This document shows, one piece after another, positions 22,467 through 32,277 of a stretch of 64,000 nt of DNA. Under the pieces are notes generated by a model that was not told the origin of the DNA, did no database searches, and worked only from the letters and a program-made list of their open reading frames with translations. Position 1 is the stretch's first letter, and each line of letters opens with the position of its first letter. The DNA is from an uncultured Actinomycetes bacterium (GTDB lineage Bacteria > Actinomycetota > Thermoleophilia > RBG-16-64-13). The translations under genes were made by a program, and so were the position numbers. The stretch is taken from contig CAVPLM010000005.1 of NCBI GenBank assembly GCA_963706025.1, positions 1,056,001-1,120,000 on the forward strand. The letters run 5' to 3'.

Positions 22467-24379
22467 GCGACAAGGGCATGCCCAACTACGATGGCGACTG
22501 GCAGGACAGGTACCGGAACATGGTCGCGACCGCCGAGGAGGCGGTCGCGAAGATCAGACCGGGACAGAGGATCTTCATCGGAAGCGGGGGGGCACAGCCC
22601 CTACACCTGGTACAGGCCCTGGTCGCCCGGCACGCGGAGCTGGCCGACACTCAAGTCCTCTCGTCCCTGACACTCGGCGAAGCTCCCTATGCTTTCAAGG
22701 AACTTGCGGACCACTTCTCCGTGAACACCTTCTTCATATCGGCGAACGTAAGGAGCATGATCCAAGAAGGTTACGGGGACTACACTCCCATCTCTCTGTC
22801 CGACATACCGGCGTTGTTCGTCAGCGGGGAGATGCCGATCGACGTCGCCTTGATCCAGGTGACACCACCGGACCAACAAGGTCGTTGCAGCTTGGGCATC
22901 TCCGTCGACATCGTCAAATCGGCCACGGCAAACGCCGGCCTGGTGATAGCTCAGGTCAATCCGCAGATGCCGTGGACCCTGGGCGACAGCTTTGTGAGCG
23001 TGCTCGATCTGGACATCCTTGTTCCCGTAGACGAGCCCCTGATCGAGACGTCCTACGCCGGCTTCATAGACGACGTCCAGACGGGCGCGTGGGCGCCGGA
23101 GGCGGAGACTATCACTCGGGCGATCGGCGAGAACATCGCGTCACTTGTGGAGGATGGATCCACCATCGAGGTGGGCATCGGGCGAATCCCCCACGCGGTC
23201 GTCCCGCTCCTCAAAGAGAAGAAAGATCTGGGTATCCACACCGAGGTCATTACCGACGCGATCATCGCCCTTGTCGACGCGGGCGTCATAAACGGGACCC
23301 AGAAGTCGACCGACCGAGGCAAGATCGTTACCACGTTCGCGATCGGCACCAAGCGGCTCTACGACTACGTCGACAACAACCCGCTCTTCTCTTTCAACCC
23401 CACCGAGTACGTGAACGATCCCTTTGTCATAGGCCAGCAGAGCAAGATGGTGGCCATCAACACCGCGCTCGAGGTCGATCTCACCGGCCAGGTGTGCTCA
23501 GATTCTCTGGGCACAAGGTTCTATTCCGGCATCGGTGGTCAGGCCGACTTCAACCAGGGTGCCGGCCGTTCGTTCGGAGGGCGCGCCATCATCGCACTGC
23601 CCTCCACGGCCGTGGGGGGCTCGGTCTCCCGCATCGTTGCGACCCTCCAGCCGGGGGCAGGAGTGGTAACCACCCGAGGAGCCGTCCACTACGTGGTAAC
23701 CGAATATGGGATCGCGTACCTCCATGGAAAAAGCGTCCAGGAGCGGGCAATGGCCCTGATCACCATCGCCCATCCCGATTTCCGTGAGGAACTGCTTTCC
23801 AAGGCCGTCGAGTACAAATGGGTGCGCCCCGAGATGGCGGATGTGGAAGGCCGCCTCTTCGTCGGGCCCAAGGAGGCCCGCACCACGACGCTCCTGGACG
23901 ATGGAACGCTCATCAGCTTCCGTTCGATGAATCCGACGGACGAAACCGGCACCCGCGACCTCTTCTACTCGCTGTCCCAGGAGACCGTCTACTACCGTTA
24001 CATGTCGCACATGAAGCGCATCCCCAGGAAACAGCTTCAGAACTTCGTCTACGTCGACCACCGCAACGAGGTGGCGATCGTCGGGACGGTGCCGGAGGCC
24101 TACGGGGAAGAGATCATAGCCATCGGGCGCTACTACCTCGACCAGAAGACCAACCGGGCCGAGGTGGCCTTCGTCGTACGGGACGACTGGCAGAACCAGG
24201 GCATAGGGTCGTTCATCCTCAAGCACCTTGTCAACATCGCCAAGCGGAACGGGATCGCCGGCTTCACCGCCGAGGTCCTGCGAGACAACAAGGCCATGCA
24301 GACGGTGTTCAACCACAGCGGCCTCAAGGTCCGGAGCAAGCTGAGCGAGGGCGTGTATCACTTCGACATGGACTTCTGA
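22463..24379 (+). CDS. Acetyl-CoA hydrolase/CoA-transferase with C-terminal GNAT domain
   Basis: GIGRIP, LGIHTE (catalytic Glu), SGIGGQADF, VTEYG and IAHPDFR, followed by a Pat-type GNAT (AEVAFVVRDDWQNQGIG). GTGA overlap with the ligase gene. Confidence 0.9.
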   Translation: MSDKGMPNYDGDWQDRYRNMVATAEEAVAKIRPGQRIFIGSGGAQPLHLVQALVARHAELADTQVLSSLTLGEAPYAFKELADHFSVNTFFISANVRSMIQEGYGDYTPISLSDIPALFVSGEMPIDVALIQVTPPDQQGRCSLGISVDIVKSATANAGLVIAQVNPQMPWTLGDSFVSVLDLDILVPVDEPLIETSYAGFIDDVQTGAWAPEAETITRAIGENIASLVEDGSTIEVGIGRIPHAVVPLLKEKKDLGIHTEVITDAIIALVDAGVINGTQKSTDRGKIVTTFAIGTKRLYDYVDNNPLFSFNPTEYVNDPFVIGQQSKMVAINTALEVDLTGQVCSDSLGTRFYSGIGGQADFNQGAGRSFGGRAIIALPSTAVGGSVSRIVATLQPGAGVVTTRGAVHYVVTEYGIAYLHGKSVQERAMALITIAHPDFREELLSKAVEYKWVRPEMADVEGRLFVGPKEARTTTLLDDGTLISFRSMNPTDETGTRDLFYSLSQETVYYRYMSHMKRIPRKQLQNFVYVDHRNEVAIVGTVPEAYGEEIIAIGRYYLDQKTNRAEVAFVVRDDWQNQGIGSFILKHLVNIAKRNGIAGFTAEVLRDNKAMQTVFNHSGLKVRSKLSEGVYHFDMDF

Positions 24380-24384
24380 GTAGG

Positions 24385-24566
24385 CCAAGGGGTCAGACGG
24401 GTCCCCTTCCAGCTGCGCACAAAAGCCTGTGCGACTCTTCCAGGGGACCCGCCCGACCCCTTGGGACCTGCCAGAGATGGGGTGGCCTTCCGGCTGCGCA
24501 CAAAAGCTGTGCGACTCTTCCAGGGGACCCGCCGACCTTAGGACAGCCAGAGATGGGGTGGCCTTC
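24385..24566. repeat. REP-like stem-loop element, tandemly duplicated (copies A and B)
   Basis: A 23-bp inverted repeat (24385-24407 / 24442-24464) encloses CGCACA-AAAGCC-TGTGCG. The roughly 80-bp unit 24405-24485 is repeated at 24486-24561. Confidence 0.85.
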
Positions 24567-24687
24567 GGATGACACGGGCCGTCGCCTTAGTCACCTGCCA
24601 GAGCTTCGGCCTGAGAATCGTGCCTGCTCTTCTGGACTCTCTCGGAAAGCCCTGGACCCCTACTCCAGATCTTTCGGACCGGTCTGG

Positions 24688-25692
24688 TCAACCTCCTGGA
24701 TCCGCCCCGCCATCTTCCGCTCCTCGTTTGATCCTCCGCATCACGACGCTCCGAATGCGGTCGAAAATATCCAGCAGCCCGCCGGGGAAGAGTAGGACGA
24801 CGAGGATGAACAGGACCCCGAAAATGACTTGATGAACGTCGGTCAGGTTAGCCGCCAATCGCTCGCGAACCACCACATAGAAGGCGGCACCGACTACAGG
24901 GCCTGCCAGGGTGCCCACTCCACCGATGTAGGCGATCATCAGGGCTTGGAACGTCCAGGTTGGGAAGAATGGTGCCTCGGGATAGTAGCTGATCTGCTGG
25001 AAAGCGAACACGCCTCCAGCCAGACCCATGAAGAGACTGCTGATCGCGAGAGTCAGCAACTTGTGACGCAGAACGTAAACTCCCGTGGCTTGGGCGGCTT
25101 CTTCATCCTCCCGCACACCCAGAATGCCCAGACTCCACCGGGAACGCATGAGAAGGTAGGCTGCTCCGGTCGTGGCTATCGCCAACGCCAACGCCGCGTA
25201 GTAGCGCAGGGGCAGATTGTAGGAGGCGATCATCTCGCCGGACATCGCCGAAAGGTATGGTTGGTTCTGACCGATGGTGATCCTCATCACCTCTGCCACA
25301 GCCAGTGTGCCGATCGCGAAATAGGCCCCGCGCAGACGGAAGGTCGGTACACCGATCACCATGGCGAAGGCGACCGCGGTCACCCCCCCGACAATGAGTG
25401 CCAGGATGAAGGGGATGCCGCCGAACCATAGCAGGCGCGTGATCAGTGCCCCTATGCCGAAGAAGGCAGCGTGGCCAAGGCTAACCTGCCCGGCGAAACC
25501 CCCCAACATGTTCCAGCTTTGGCCCATGGCGACGCCCATACAAATGAGAAAGAACAGATTCCATACATTGTCCTGGGACATCTGTTGGGGAAAGAGGACC
25601 GCGAAAAGAAGGAGGACGACGATCCCCCCCGGCGCAAGCCAGCGTCGCAGGGAGCGCGGAGAAGACGATTGCGTAGGAGTCATCTTCGCCAT
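24688..25692 (-). CDS. Branched-chain amino acid-type ABC permease (LivM-like)
   Basis: WNMLGGFAGQVSLGHAAFFG, RLRGAYFAIGT, REDEEAA and GGVGTLAGP. Confidence 0.92.
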   Translation of the reverse strand: MAKMTPTQSSSPRSLRRWLAPGGIVVLLLFAVLFPQQMSQDNVWNLFFLICMGVAMGQSWNMLGGFAGQVSLGHAAFFGIGALITRLLWFGGIPFILALIVGGVTAVAFAMVIGVPTFRLRGAYFAIGTLAVAEVMRITIGQNQPYLSAMSGEMIASYNLPLRYYAALALAIATTGAAYLLMRSRWSLGILGVREDEEAAQATGVYVLRHKLLTLAISSLFMGLAGGVFAFQQISYYPEAPFFPTWTFQALMIAYIGGVGTLAGPVVGAAFYVVVRERLAANLTDVHQVIFGVLFILVVLLFPGGLLDIFDRIRSVVMRRIKRGAEDGGADPGG

Positions 25693-26570
25693 CACTTCCT
25701 CACGAACAGGCCCTGTGGACGCACGATCAGCACAACCAGGAAGAGGATCAGGCCGACCACTTCCTTGTAGGTCTGCGCCAGATACGCTCCGCTCAACGCC
25801 TCGACGACGCCCAAAAGGATCCCCGCAGGTAGAGCGCCGAAGACACTGCCGGTGCCGGCCAGGACGATCACGATCATCGCTTTGAGAGTCCAGAACATGC
25901 CGATGCTGGGGGCAAGGGCGTAGGTGAAGGTGACGAACTGCCCTGCGACGCCCGCGAGAGCGGCTCCGAGTGCAAACGTCATCATGTACACACGGCTGAT
26001 GTTGATCCCGGCCAGTTCCGCCGCTTCGTAGTCCTCCGCTGTCGCGCGGATGGCTTTCCCGAAATATGTCTTGCGAAGGAAGAGGGCAAGTGCGACCGTG
26101 ACGACCAGCACCACCGCCAGCGTCGCCAGACGCGTATAGGGAAAGAGGACGCCATAGATGTCAAAACCCTCCCCAGCATAGGAAACCTGCACCGAACGTT
26201 CATCGCCGGTGAAGGCCCATTGCGCCAGGTTCGTCAGGACAAGCCCCAAACCAAAGCTCACGAGCAGGGAGTTCTTGAGCTTCTCCTCTCCTTGGAGGCG
26301 GACGACGTGCCGGTAGATTATCCGGTCGAGGATCAAACCGAGCGCGAACAGAGCGACGATGACTACGGGCAGGGATAGGAAGGGATCGACCCCGAGCGTG
26401 CTGAAGGCCCAGAAACCAACGTAGCCGCCGATCATGACGAGTTCACCGTGGGCGATGTTGAGGATCTTCATCACCCCGAAGACCAAGGCCAGCCCCATCG
26501 CGGCGACGCCATAGATCGAACCCGCAAACACGCCGAAGACGATTGTCTGTATGAAGGATCCAAAGCCCAT
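25692..26570 (-). CDS. ABC permease (LivH-like)
   Basis: GLALVFGVMKILNIAHGE and GKAIRATAEDYEAAELAGIN. Confidence 0.92.
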   Translation of the reverse strand: MGFGSFIQTIVFGVFAGSIYGVAAMGLALVFGVMKILNIAHGELVMIGGYVGFWAFSTLGVDPFLSLPVVIVALFALGLILDRIIYRHVVRLQGEEKLKNSLLVSFGLGLVLTNLAQWAFTGDERSVQVSYAGEGFDIYGVLFPYTRLATLAVVLVVTVALALFLRKTYFGKAIRATAEDYEAAELAGINISRVYMMTFALGAALAGVAGQFVTFTYALAPSIGMFWTLKAMIVIVLAGTGSVFGALPAGILLGVVEALSGAYLAQTYKEVVGLILFLVVLIVRPQGLFVRK

Positions 26571-26573
26571 GGG

Positions 26574-27305
26574 TCAGTCCACCGGGGCTGGGCAGATGCC
26601 CAGATAGGCTTGCTGTACTCGATCGTCATGCAGGAGTTCCTGGCCGGCACCCGTGCCCACGATCCTTCCCTGCTCGAGGATGTAGGCGCGATGGGCAAGC
26701 TCGAGCGCCTGTCGGGCGTTCTGCTCCACCAGGAATATGGTCACACCGTGCTGGTTCATCGTTTGCACGGTTTCGAAGATACTCTCGACGACGAGGGGCC
26801 CCAGCCCGAGCGATGGCTCATCGAGCATGAGGAGCTTCGGCATCCCCATGAGGGCGCGTCCGACGGCGAGCATCTGCTGTTGCCCACCGCTCATCGTGTT
26901 CGCCCGCTGCTCCTTGCGCTCGGCCAACAAAGGAAAGAGCTCGAATACAAGCTTCATTGATTCGAAACGTGCTTCTCTGGCCCGCTTCGAATATGCTCCC
27001 AATTCCAGGTTGTCAAGAACGGTCAGCCCGCCGAAGAGCCGGCGCCCCTCGGGAACCAGGATCACACCCTGTTCCACTATCCTGTGAGCCGGCAGGGTGC
27101 TCAGGGACTTGTCTCGCAATTGCACCGATCCGGATTTGAGCGGTTGAAGACCGGAGATCGCCCGCATCAGAGTCGTCTTGCCCGCGCCGTTCGGGCCGAT
27201 GAGCGCGACGATCTCGCCTTCTTTGACGCTGAGAGACACGTCCCATAGCGCTTGGATGTCTCCGTAGGCAACGTCGATGCCCAGTATCTCGAGGAAATCA
27301 GTCAT
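26574..27305 (-). CDS. ABC ATP-binding protein (LivF-like)
   Basis: Walker A GPNGAGKT, MSGGQQQM and LDEPSLGL. Start at MTDFLEI. Confidence 0.93.
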   Translation of the reverse strand: MTDFLEILGIDVAYGDIQALWDVSLSVKEGEIVALIGPNGAGKTTLMRAISGLQPLKSGSVQLRDKSLSTLPAHRIVEQGVILVPEGRRLFGGLTVLDNLELGAYSKRAREARFESMKLVFELFPLLAERKEQRANTMSGGQQQMLAVGRALMGMPKLLMLDEPSLGLGPLVVESIFETVQTMNQHGVTIFLVEQNARQALELAHRAYILEQGRIVGTGAGQELLHDDRVQQAYLGICPAPVD

Positions 27306-28026
27306 GGAGGGACCTTCCCAGATAGGCATCGATGACCTTCTCGTCGCACGAGACCTCTGCCGGCGTACCTTCGGCGATCAGCTCGCCTGCGCTCAGGACG
27401 ACGATCCGGTCTGCGATCCCAAACACTGCCTTGACCAGATGCTCGACCATGATGATGGTGATGCCCGTGTCGCGAATGCTCTGGATCAGCGCCATCGCGG
27501 TCAAGACTTCGGAGGGGTTCAACCCGGCAAGGAGCTCGTCCAGCAGGAGCAGTTTTGGGTCGGCGGCCAGGGCACGGGCCAGTTCCAGGCGCTTGCGGTC
27601 TACCAGGGTCAGGCTCTTGGCCTTTTCAGATGCACGTTCGGCCAGTCCAACGATCTCGAGGGTCTTGATCGACTCTTTTTCGGCCCGGGACCTACTCCTG
27701 GTCGGGTTGCGCCCGTACACCCTGCCGATGGCCGCGTTGTCCAACACCGACAGCTCTGGGAGAGGTCGCACCAATTGAAACGTGCGCGCGATGCCCATCC
27801 AGCAACGGGCGTGCGACGGAACAGAGGTGATGTCCTTGTCCTCGAACCAGACCTTGCCGTTGGTGGGCGGGTAGACTCCCGTAATGAGGTTGAACAATGT
27901 GGTCTTGCCCGCGCCGTTCGGGCCGATCAAGCCGATGATCTCCCCCTCTGCGACGTGTGTCGAGACGGAGTTGACGGCCACCAACCCTTTGAAAGCTTTG
28001 GAGACATCTTCCAGATTCAGCAGCAA
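27298..28026 (-). CDS. ABC ATP-binding protein (LivG-like)
   Basis: GPNGAGKT, RTFQ, LELARALA, LLDELLAGL and VEH. Probable TTG start at 28026. Confidence 0.92.
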   Translation of the reverse strand: MLLNLEDVSKAFKGLVAVNSVSTHVAEGEIIGLIGPNGAGKTTLFNLITGVYPPTNGKVWFEDKDITSVPSHARCWMGIARTFQLVRPLPELSVLDNAAIGRVYGRNPTRSRSRAEKESIKTLEIVGLAERASEKAKSLTLVDRKRLELARALAADPKLLLLDELLAGLNPSEVLTAMALIQSIRDTGITIIMVEHLVKAVFGIADRIVVLSAGELIAEGTPAEVSCDEKVIDAYLGRSLHD

Positions 28027-28109
28027 ATCTGTTTCCTCGTATGTGTTTTGCCTGAGTTTGTGAGGCCTGGAGGTCACGCTGGACACGTGACCTCCAGGCG
28101 TATGTCAGA

Positions 28110-29438
28110 TTAGCGGTCCGCCCAGGGCAACGCCGGATAGATGATGGGGGCAAGCGCGACGTCGGCAGGGAAGACGAGCGCCTGCTTGCCGCCTTGCCAC
28201 TGGTTGACAGGGTCGAGAGCATTGGGCCAGGTGCCGTCTTCACTGAACGTCACACGGCCGACCAGGGTGTCCAGATCGGTCGCGGCGATCGCGTCGCGGA
28301 TCGCGTCACGATCCAGGCTCGCCGCGCGGGTGATCGCGTCGGCGAGGATCAGAACGCACGAGTAGGCCGGGCCGGTCAGCGCCGCAGCGGGTTTGCCGTA
28401 CACTTCCTTATATTGCGCGGCCATCTCGGCCACGCCCGCGTACGGAAGGCCGTTGTTCCAGCCGGGCAGCAGGAAGACTCCGTCGCTGTCCGTGCCCAGG
28501 TTCTCACCGAACGTGGGCGGATCGGGGGCGCGGATCATGAAGTAGACGCTGGCGTTCCAATCCAACTCCTTGATCTGCTTCATAATCGCCAGTCCGTCCG
28601 GGGAGTTGGGAAGAGCCAGCAGGACTTCGCCGCCGGCGTCTTTGGCGTCTTGGATGAGCGAGGAGTAGTCGGTCGTGCCGGGCGCGTATTCAAGGGTCGT
28701 GACCTCATAGCCACCACGGGTGGTGGCTTCTTTCGTCCACAACTCGACCATTTCCGCGCCCCAGTCCGTGGTCTCCGCGAAGATGACTACCTTCGCGGGT
28801 TTGGGACTAAGGGAATCCAACATCTCGAAGGTGATCCTTGCGTGGTCCTGGGATTTCGGGAAGGGCGAGAAGAGGTACTTGAATCCCTGATCATGCACCC
28901 CCGAGTACAAAGCGAACGCGATACCGAGGTAGGGGATCTGGTTCTTCTCGGCGATGCCGGCCGCCGCTGCGTGCAGGTCGCTTCCCGCGCCGCCCAGGTA
29001 GGCGACGACGTCGTTCGACGCCTGGGTCTCGAGCTGTTGCACGGTTTTGCTCGGGTCCGACTCATCGTCGAGCACGATCAACTCGATCGGGACCTTGGTG
29101 CCGCCCACGTCCAGGCCACCGGCGTCGTTGATGTTCTTGACCGCGAGTTCGTACCCGTTCTTGACCTGTTCGCCCAGACCGGAGTACTTCCCGGTGAGAG
29201 GAATGACGGCGCCGACTTTGATCGTGTCGGGAAGTTCCACCGGCGCTGCGGTGGTCTCGGTACTTGGCGCGGCGGTGGTCTCGGTACTAGGAGCCGCGGT
29301 GGTCTCGGTACCTGGTGCCGCGGTGGTCGTAGTCTCTTCTTCTTCGCCGCAGGCCGCTGCGAACAGGGCTAAGGCGAGCACCACGAGACCTAAGACGAGA
29401 AGTGAGAGTGGAATCCGCTTATAGGATTTCTTTTTCAT
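28110..29438 (-). CDS. Lipoprotein solute-binding protein (LivK/aromatic-acid-binding type)
   Basis: Lipobox FAAAC, Thr/Ala/Pro tether and TIKVGAVIPLTG...LDDESDP Peripla_BP_6 pattern. Confidence 0.9.
   Translation of the reverse strand: MKKKSYKRIPLSLLVLGLVVLALALFAAACGEEEETTTTAAPGTETTAAPSTETTAAPSTETTAAPVELPDTIKVGAVIPLTGKYSGLGEQVKNGYELAVKNINDAGGLDVGGTKVPIELIVLDDESDPSKTVQQLETQASNDVVAYLGGAGSDLHAAAAGIAEKNQIPYLGIAFALYSGVHDQGFKYLFSPFPKSQDHARITFEMLDSLSPKPAKVVIFAETTDWGAEMVELWTKEATTRGGYEVTTLEYAPGTTDYSSLIQDAKDAGGEVLLALPNSPDGLAIMKQIKELDWNASVYFMIRAPDPPTFGENLGTDSDGVFLLPGWNNGLPYAGVAEMAAQYKEVYGKPAAALTGPAYSCVLILADAITRAASLDRDAIRDAIAATDLDTLVGRVTFSEDGTWPNALDPVNQWQGGKQALVFPADVALAPIIYPALPWADR
29248..29328 (-). 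repeat. 24-bp coding tandem repeat ([G/S]TETTAAP linker)
   Basis: GCGGTGGTCTCGGTAC... unit repeated about 3.4 times. Confidence 0.85.
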
Positions 29439-29652
29439 ACCAACCCCCCAAAGTTAAAGGCACGAAGTCACAATGAGGAATACCGATGAGCAGATCACTC
29501 CATCGCGCTCCTTTCTTTCCGGTGACGATCACTGGCCACAGTGGAACCTGCAAAAAGTATATCAGAGTAGTAATTCGGTTTCCGATTCCATGCGGATATC
29601 CGTCTCAGCAGATGGCCTTCCGGGCTTTATCGACTGTTCTTTGCTTCAGTGA

Positions 29653-30837
29653 CTAGCCGAGCTCGTTCCCGGCGATCAGGACGCTGACCGTCGCGGCACC
29701 CGGCTCTCCACCCTGATTGTGGGTCAGACCGAGGCGCGGGTTCTTGACCTGGCGCTCGCCGGCCTTGCCTTGAAGCTGCTTGTAGACTTCGTACAGCATC
29801 CTCAAGCCCGTCGCACCGATGGGGTGACCGAAACACTTGAGGCCGCCGTCCGTATTCACGGGCAAAGACCCATCCAGGGTGAACGTGCCGGCTTCGATGT
29901 CTTCGCCGGCCTTGCCCCGTTCACTGAATTGCAGGTCTTCCATGATCGTGAGCTCGGTGATGGAAAAGCAGTCATGCACCTCGGCGATGCTGATCTCTTT
30001 GCGCGGGTCCGTGATACCGGCTTCCCTGTAGGCGGCGACACCGCCCCGATAGGTCTCCTCCACGTGGGCCAGATCATAGACCTGGCTCAGCCAGCCCTCA
30101 CGACCACCCTGGCAGATGGTGGCCGCCTTGATATAGATGGGATCCGAGCGGAAGTTTTTGGCGAGGTCGGCTCTGGTGATGATGGCCGCTGCTGCGCCGT
30201 CGCTTACCCCGCAGCAGTCGTAAAGACCCAGGGGATAAGAGACCATGGGGGCGTTGATGGCCTGCTCCAGAGTAATCTCACGTTGAAAGTGAGCCTTAGG
30301 GTTGAGCGAGCCGTTGTGATGGTTCTTGACCGCGATCTGCGCGAGCAGTCTCTTGCCTTCCTCGAAGCTGAGCCCGTATTTCGCAAAGTAGCCTGTGGCC
30401 ATCATCGCGAAACCGGCGGCGGGAGTCTGGGTCGTGAGGCGATAGCTCCAGGTGCATACGGGACGAGTCTGAGGAAGGCCCGAATAACCGGAGTCTTTGA
30501 GCTTCTCAGCCCCCACCGCGAGCACGACGTCGTACACGCCGGCGGCCACGGCATAGGCGGCACCGCGGATGGCTTCTGACCCGGTGGCGCATTGATTCTC
30601 CACGTGTGTCACCGGGATATAAGCGAGCTTCAGCGGCGTGGACATGATCGAGCCCGACTCGCCCGCGAAGACACTCCCCCACCAGGCTGCCTGTATATCA
30701 TGCGGCTCGATGCCGGCGTCCTCGAAGGCTTCGTAGGCCGCGTCGATGATCATATCTTCCAGACTCTGTCCCCAGTTCTCACCGAACTTGACACAGCCCA
30801 TCCCCACGATGGCGACCTTATCTTTGATGCTATCCAC
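29653..30837 (-). CDS. Thiolase (SCP-x/archaeal ACAT type)
   Basis: ENQCATG (catalytic Cys), KNHHNG..NP.A, DCCGVSDGAAA, EVHDCF and GHPIGATG. Confidence 0.92.
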   Translation of the reverse strand: MDSIKDKVAIVGMGCVKFGENWGQSLEDMIIDAAYEAFEDAGIEPHDIQAAWWGSVFAGESGSIMSTPLKLAYIPVTHVENQCATGSEAIRGAAYAVAAGVYDVVLAVGAEKLKDSGYSGLPQTRPVCTWSYRLTTQTPAAGFAMMATGYFAKYGLSFEEGKRLLAQIAVKNHHNGSLNPKAHFQREITLEQAINAPMVSYPLGLYDCCGVSDGAAAAIITRADLAKNFRSDPIYIKAATICQGGREGWLSQVYDLAHVEETYRGGVAAYREAGITDPRKEISIAEVHDCFSITELTIMEDLQFSERGKAGEDIEAGTFTLDGSLPVNTDGGLKCFGHPIGATGLRMLYEVYKQLQGKAGERQVKNPRLGLTHNQGGEPGAATVSVLIAGNELG

Positions 30838-30840
30838 GCG

Positions 30841-32268
30841 CTAACACCTCACCGGCTGGCACTTCCACCAGTAGTTGTAGACGCCTCCCACGTAGTAGAG
30901 CCGGCGGAAGGTCATTTCGACGGGCATTCCGACCTGTACCTCGACCGGATCCCGGTCCGTCATGTCGCACATGATGCGGCCGCCACCTTCGAAGTCCACA
31001 AAGGCCACGGTGACCGGCGAATCGAGAGTCTGCGTCACGTAGTCGTGAGAAAACGAGAACACTTTGGCCGGCACGTCACTGAACCGATACGGTTCCATCC
31101 GGTCCTTCGCATGGCAATTGACACACACACGTTGCGGCGGGTATTGGGGGGTGCTGCAATTCAGACATCTTGTGCCCGTGAGCCGCATCTCCCAGGGCAC
31201 TTCCCGCCACTGGGCCGCCGGCGAGGGCATCTTGAGCTCGATCGGTGGGCGGGCGGGCGGCTGTAAGGGCAGCAGTTCGCGCCAGCGCAGATACTGCTCG
31301 TAATTGCGAAGAAGATCCCTGGAGGCCACGCGCTTCTCGACACCCCGGCAGGCGCTCACCGAAGTGACCCGCTCGGTGGTCTCGAGGATGGCGACATCGC
31401 AGCCGTTTCCGTAGCAGGCGAGTAGGATGGTCTCCCCGACTCCGGCGCTCTCCAACGCGGCCACCAGGCCCAACAGACTCATGGCGCAGCCGGTATCGCC
31501 CACCGATGCGTGCAGCACATCCCTGACCTGTGTCTTCTCGTCGAGACCCAGCTTCTGCACGACGCTCCGCAACTGCCGCGCGTTGGGGGAATTGAGCGCG
31601 AACCGGGCGATGTCCCCCGTCGCCAGCCCGTATTTCTTGAGTACTGCCGCCACGCCCTCCACCATCACCTCGACGTAGCCCTCTTCCATGGCGAAACGGT
31701 CTTCCGCCGAACGGACGAAAGTGTCTTCGTCCGAGCGCCAGGTGTCCTGGATCTCGTAGAACCTGCTGTCGAAGTGCTTGATCTCGGCGATGGTCTGACC
31801 GCGGCTGACCAGCAGAGCTACCGCGCCGTCGCCGAAGTTCATCTCGGCCGGTCCGGACGGGTATCCGAGTCGGACGTCAGCGGCGCAGACCAGGATGCTC
31901 TCGGCACTTCCGCTCGAGACAGCGTCAAGCGCCGCCTTGAGAGCGTTGGTCCCGGCCCTCAGGGAGCCTGAGAAGTCGGCCGTGAACACGTGCATAGGCA
32001 GGTCCAGGACGGCGGCGACGGTGGCCGCGGTCTGCTTTTCTTTGTAGGGTGCGGTGGTGGAGGCGAAATACACCCCTCCGATCAATGCGCGGTCCACACC
32101 TTTCAGGCAGTCCCGGGCTGCAGCCACAGCCATGGTGAGACTGTCCTCGTCGTAGCTGGCGACGGCCCGCTCGCCCGGTGGGGCCGCGCAGCCCCATGCC
32201 CGCGCTATCTCCGCCCGGCTGAGCCGGAACAAAGGTATGTACGCTCCGTAAGAGGCTATTCCGGCCAT
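30841..32268 (-). CDS. HMG-CoA-synthase-like domain fused to DUF35 Zn-ribbon/OB domain
   Basis: GAYIP..R, DEDSLTMAV and GDGA, then CLNC..QYPPQRVCVNC and an OB-fold ending YWWK. The HMGS catalytic Cys position reads SGSLRAG. Confidence 0.88.
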   Translation of the reverse strand: MAGIASYGAYIPLFRLSRAEIARAWGCAAPPGERAVASYDEDSLTMAVAAARDCLKGVDRALIGGVYFASTTAPYKEKQTAATVAAVLDLPMHVFTADFSGSLRAGTNALKAALDAVSSGSAESILVCAADVRLGYPSGPAEMNFGDGAVALLVSRGQTIAEIKHFDSRFYEIQDTWRSDEDTFVRSAEDRFAMEEGYVEVMVEGVAAVLKKYGLATGDIARFALNSPNARQLRSVVQKLGLDEKTQVRDVLHASVGDTGCAMSLLGLVAALESAGVGETILLACYGNGCDVAILETTERVTSVSACRGVEKRVASRDLLRNYEQYLRWRELLPLQPPARPPIELKMPSPAAQWREVPWEMRLTGTRCLNCSTPQYPPQRVCVNCHAKDRMEPYRFSDVPAKVFSFSHDYVTQTLDSPVTVAFVDFEGGGRIMCDMTDRDPVEVQVGMPVEMTFRRLYYVGGVYNYWWKCQPVRC

Positions 32269-32277
32269 ATCAGTCTC

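Noticed and set aside
24385-24566. Possible mini CRISPR array
   Set aside because: Only two roughly 80-bp units whose intervening sequence is also repeated, so there are no unique spacers. No cas genes are in the window.
29558-29570. Partial match (TATCAGAGT) to the island operator upstream of the Liv SBP gene
   Set aside because: It lacks the TTCGTATACGAA palindrome and is too short to support a call.
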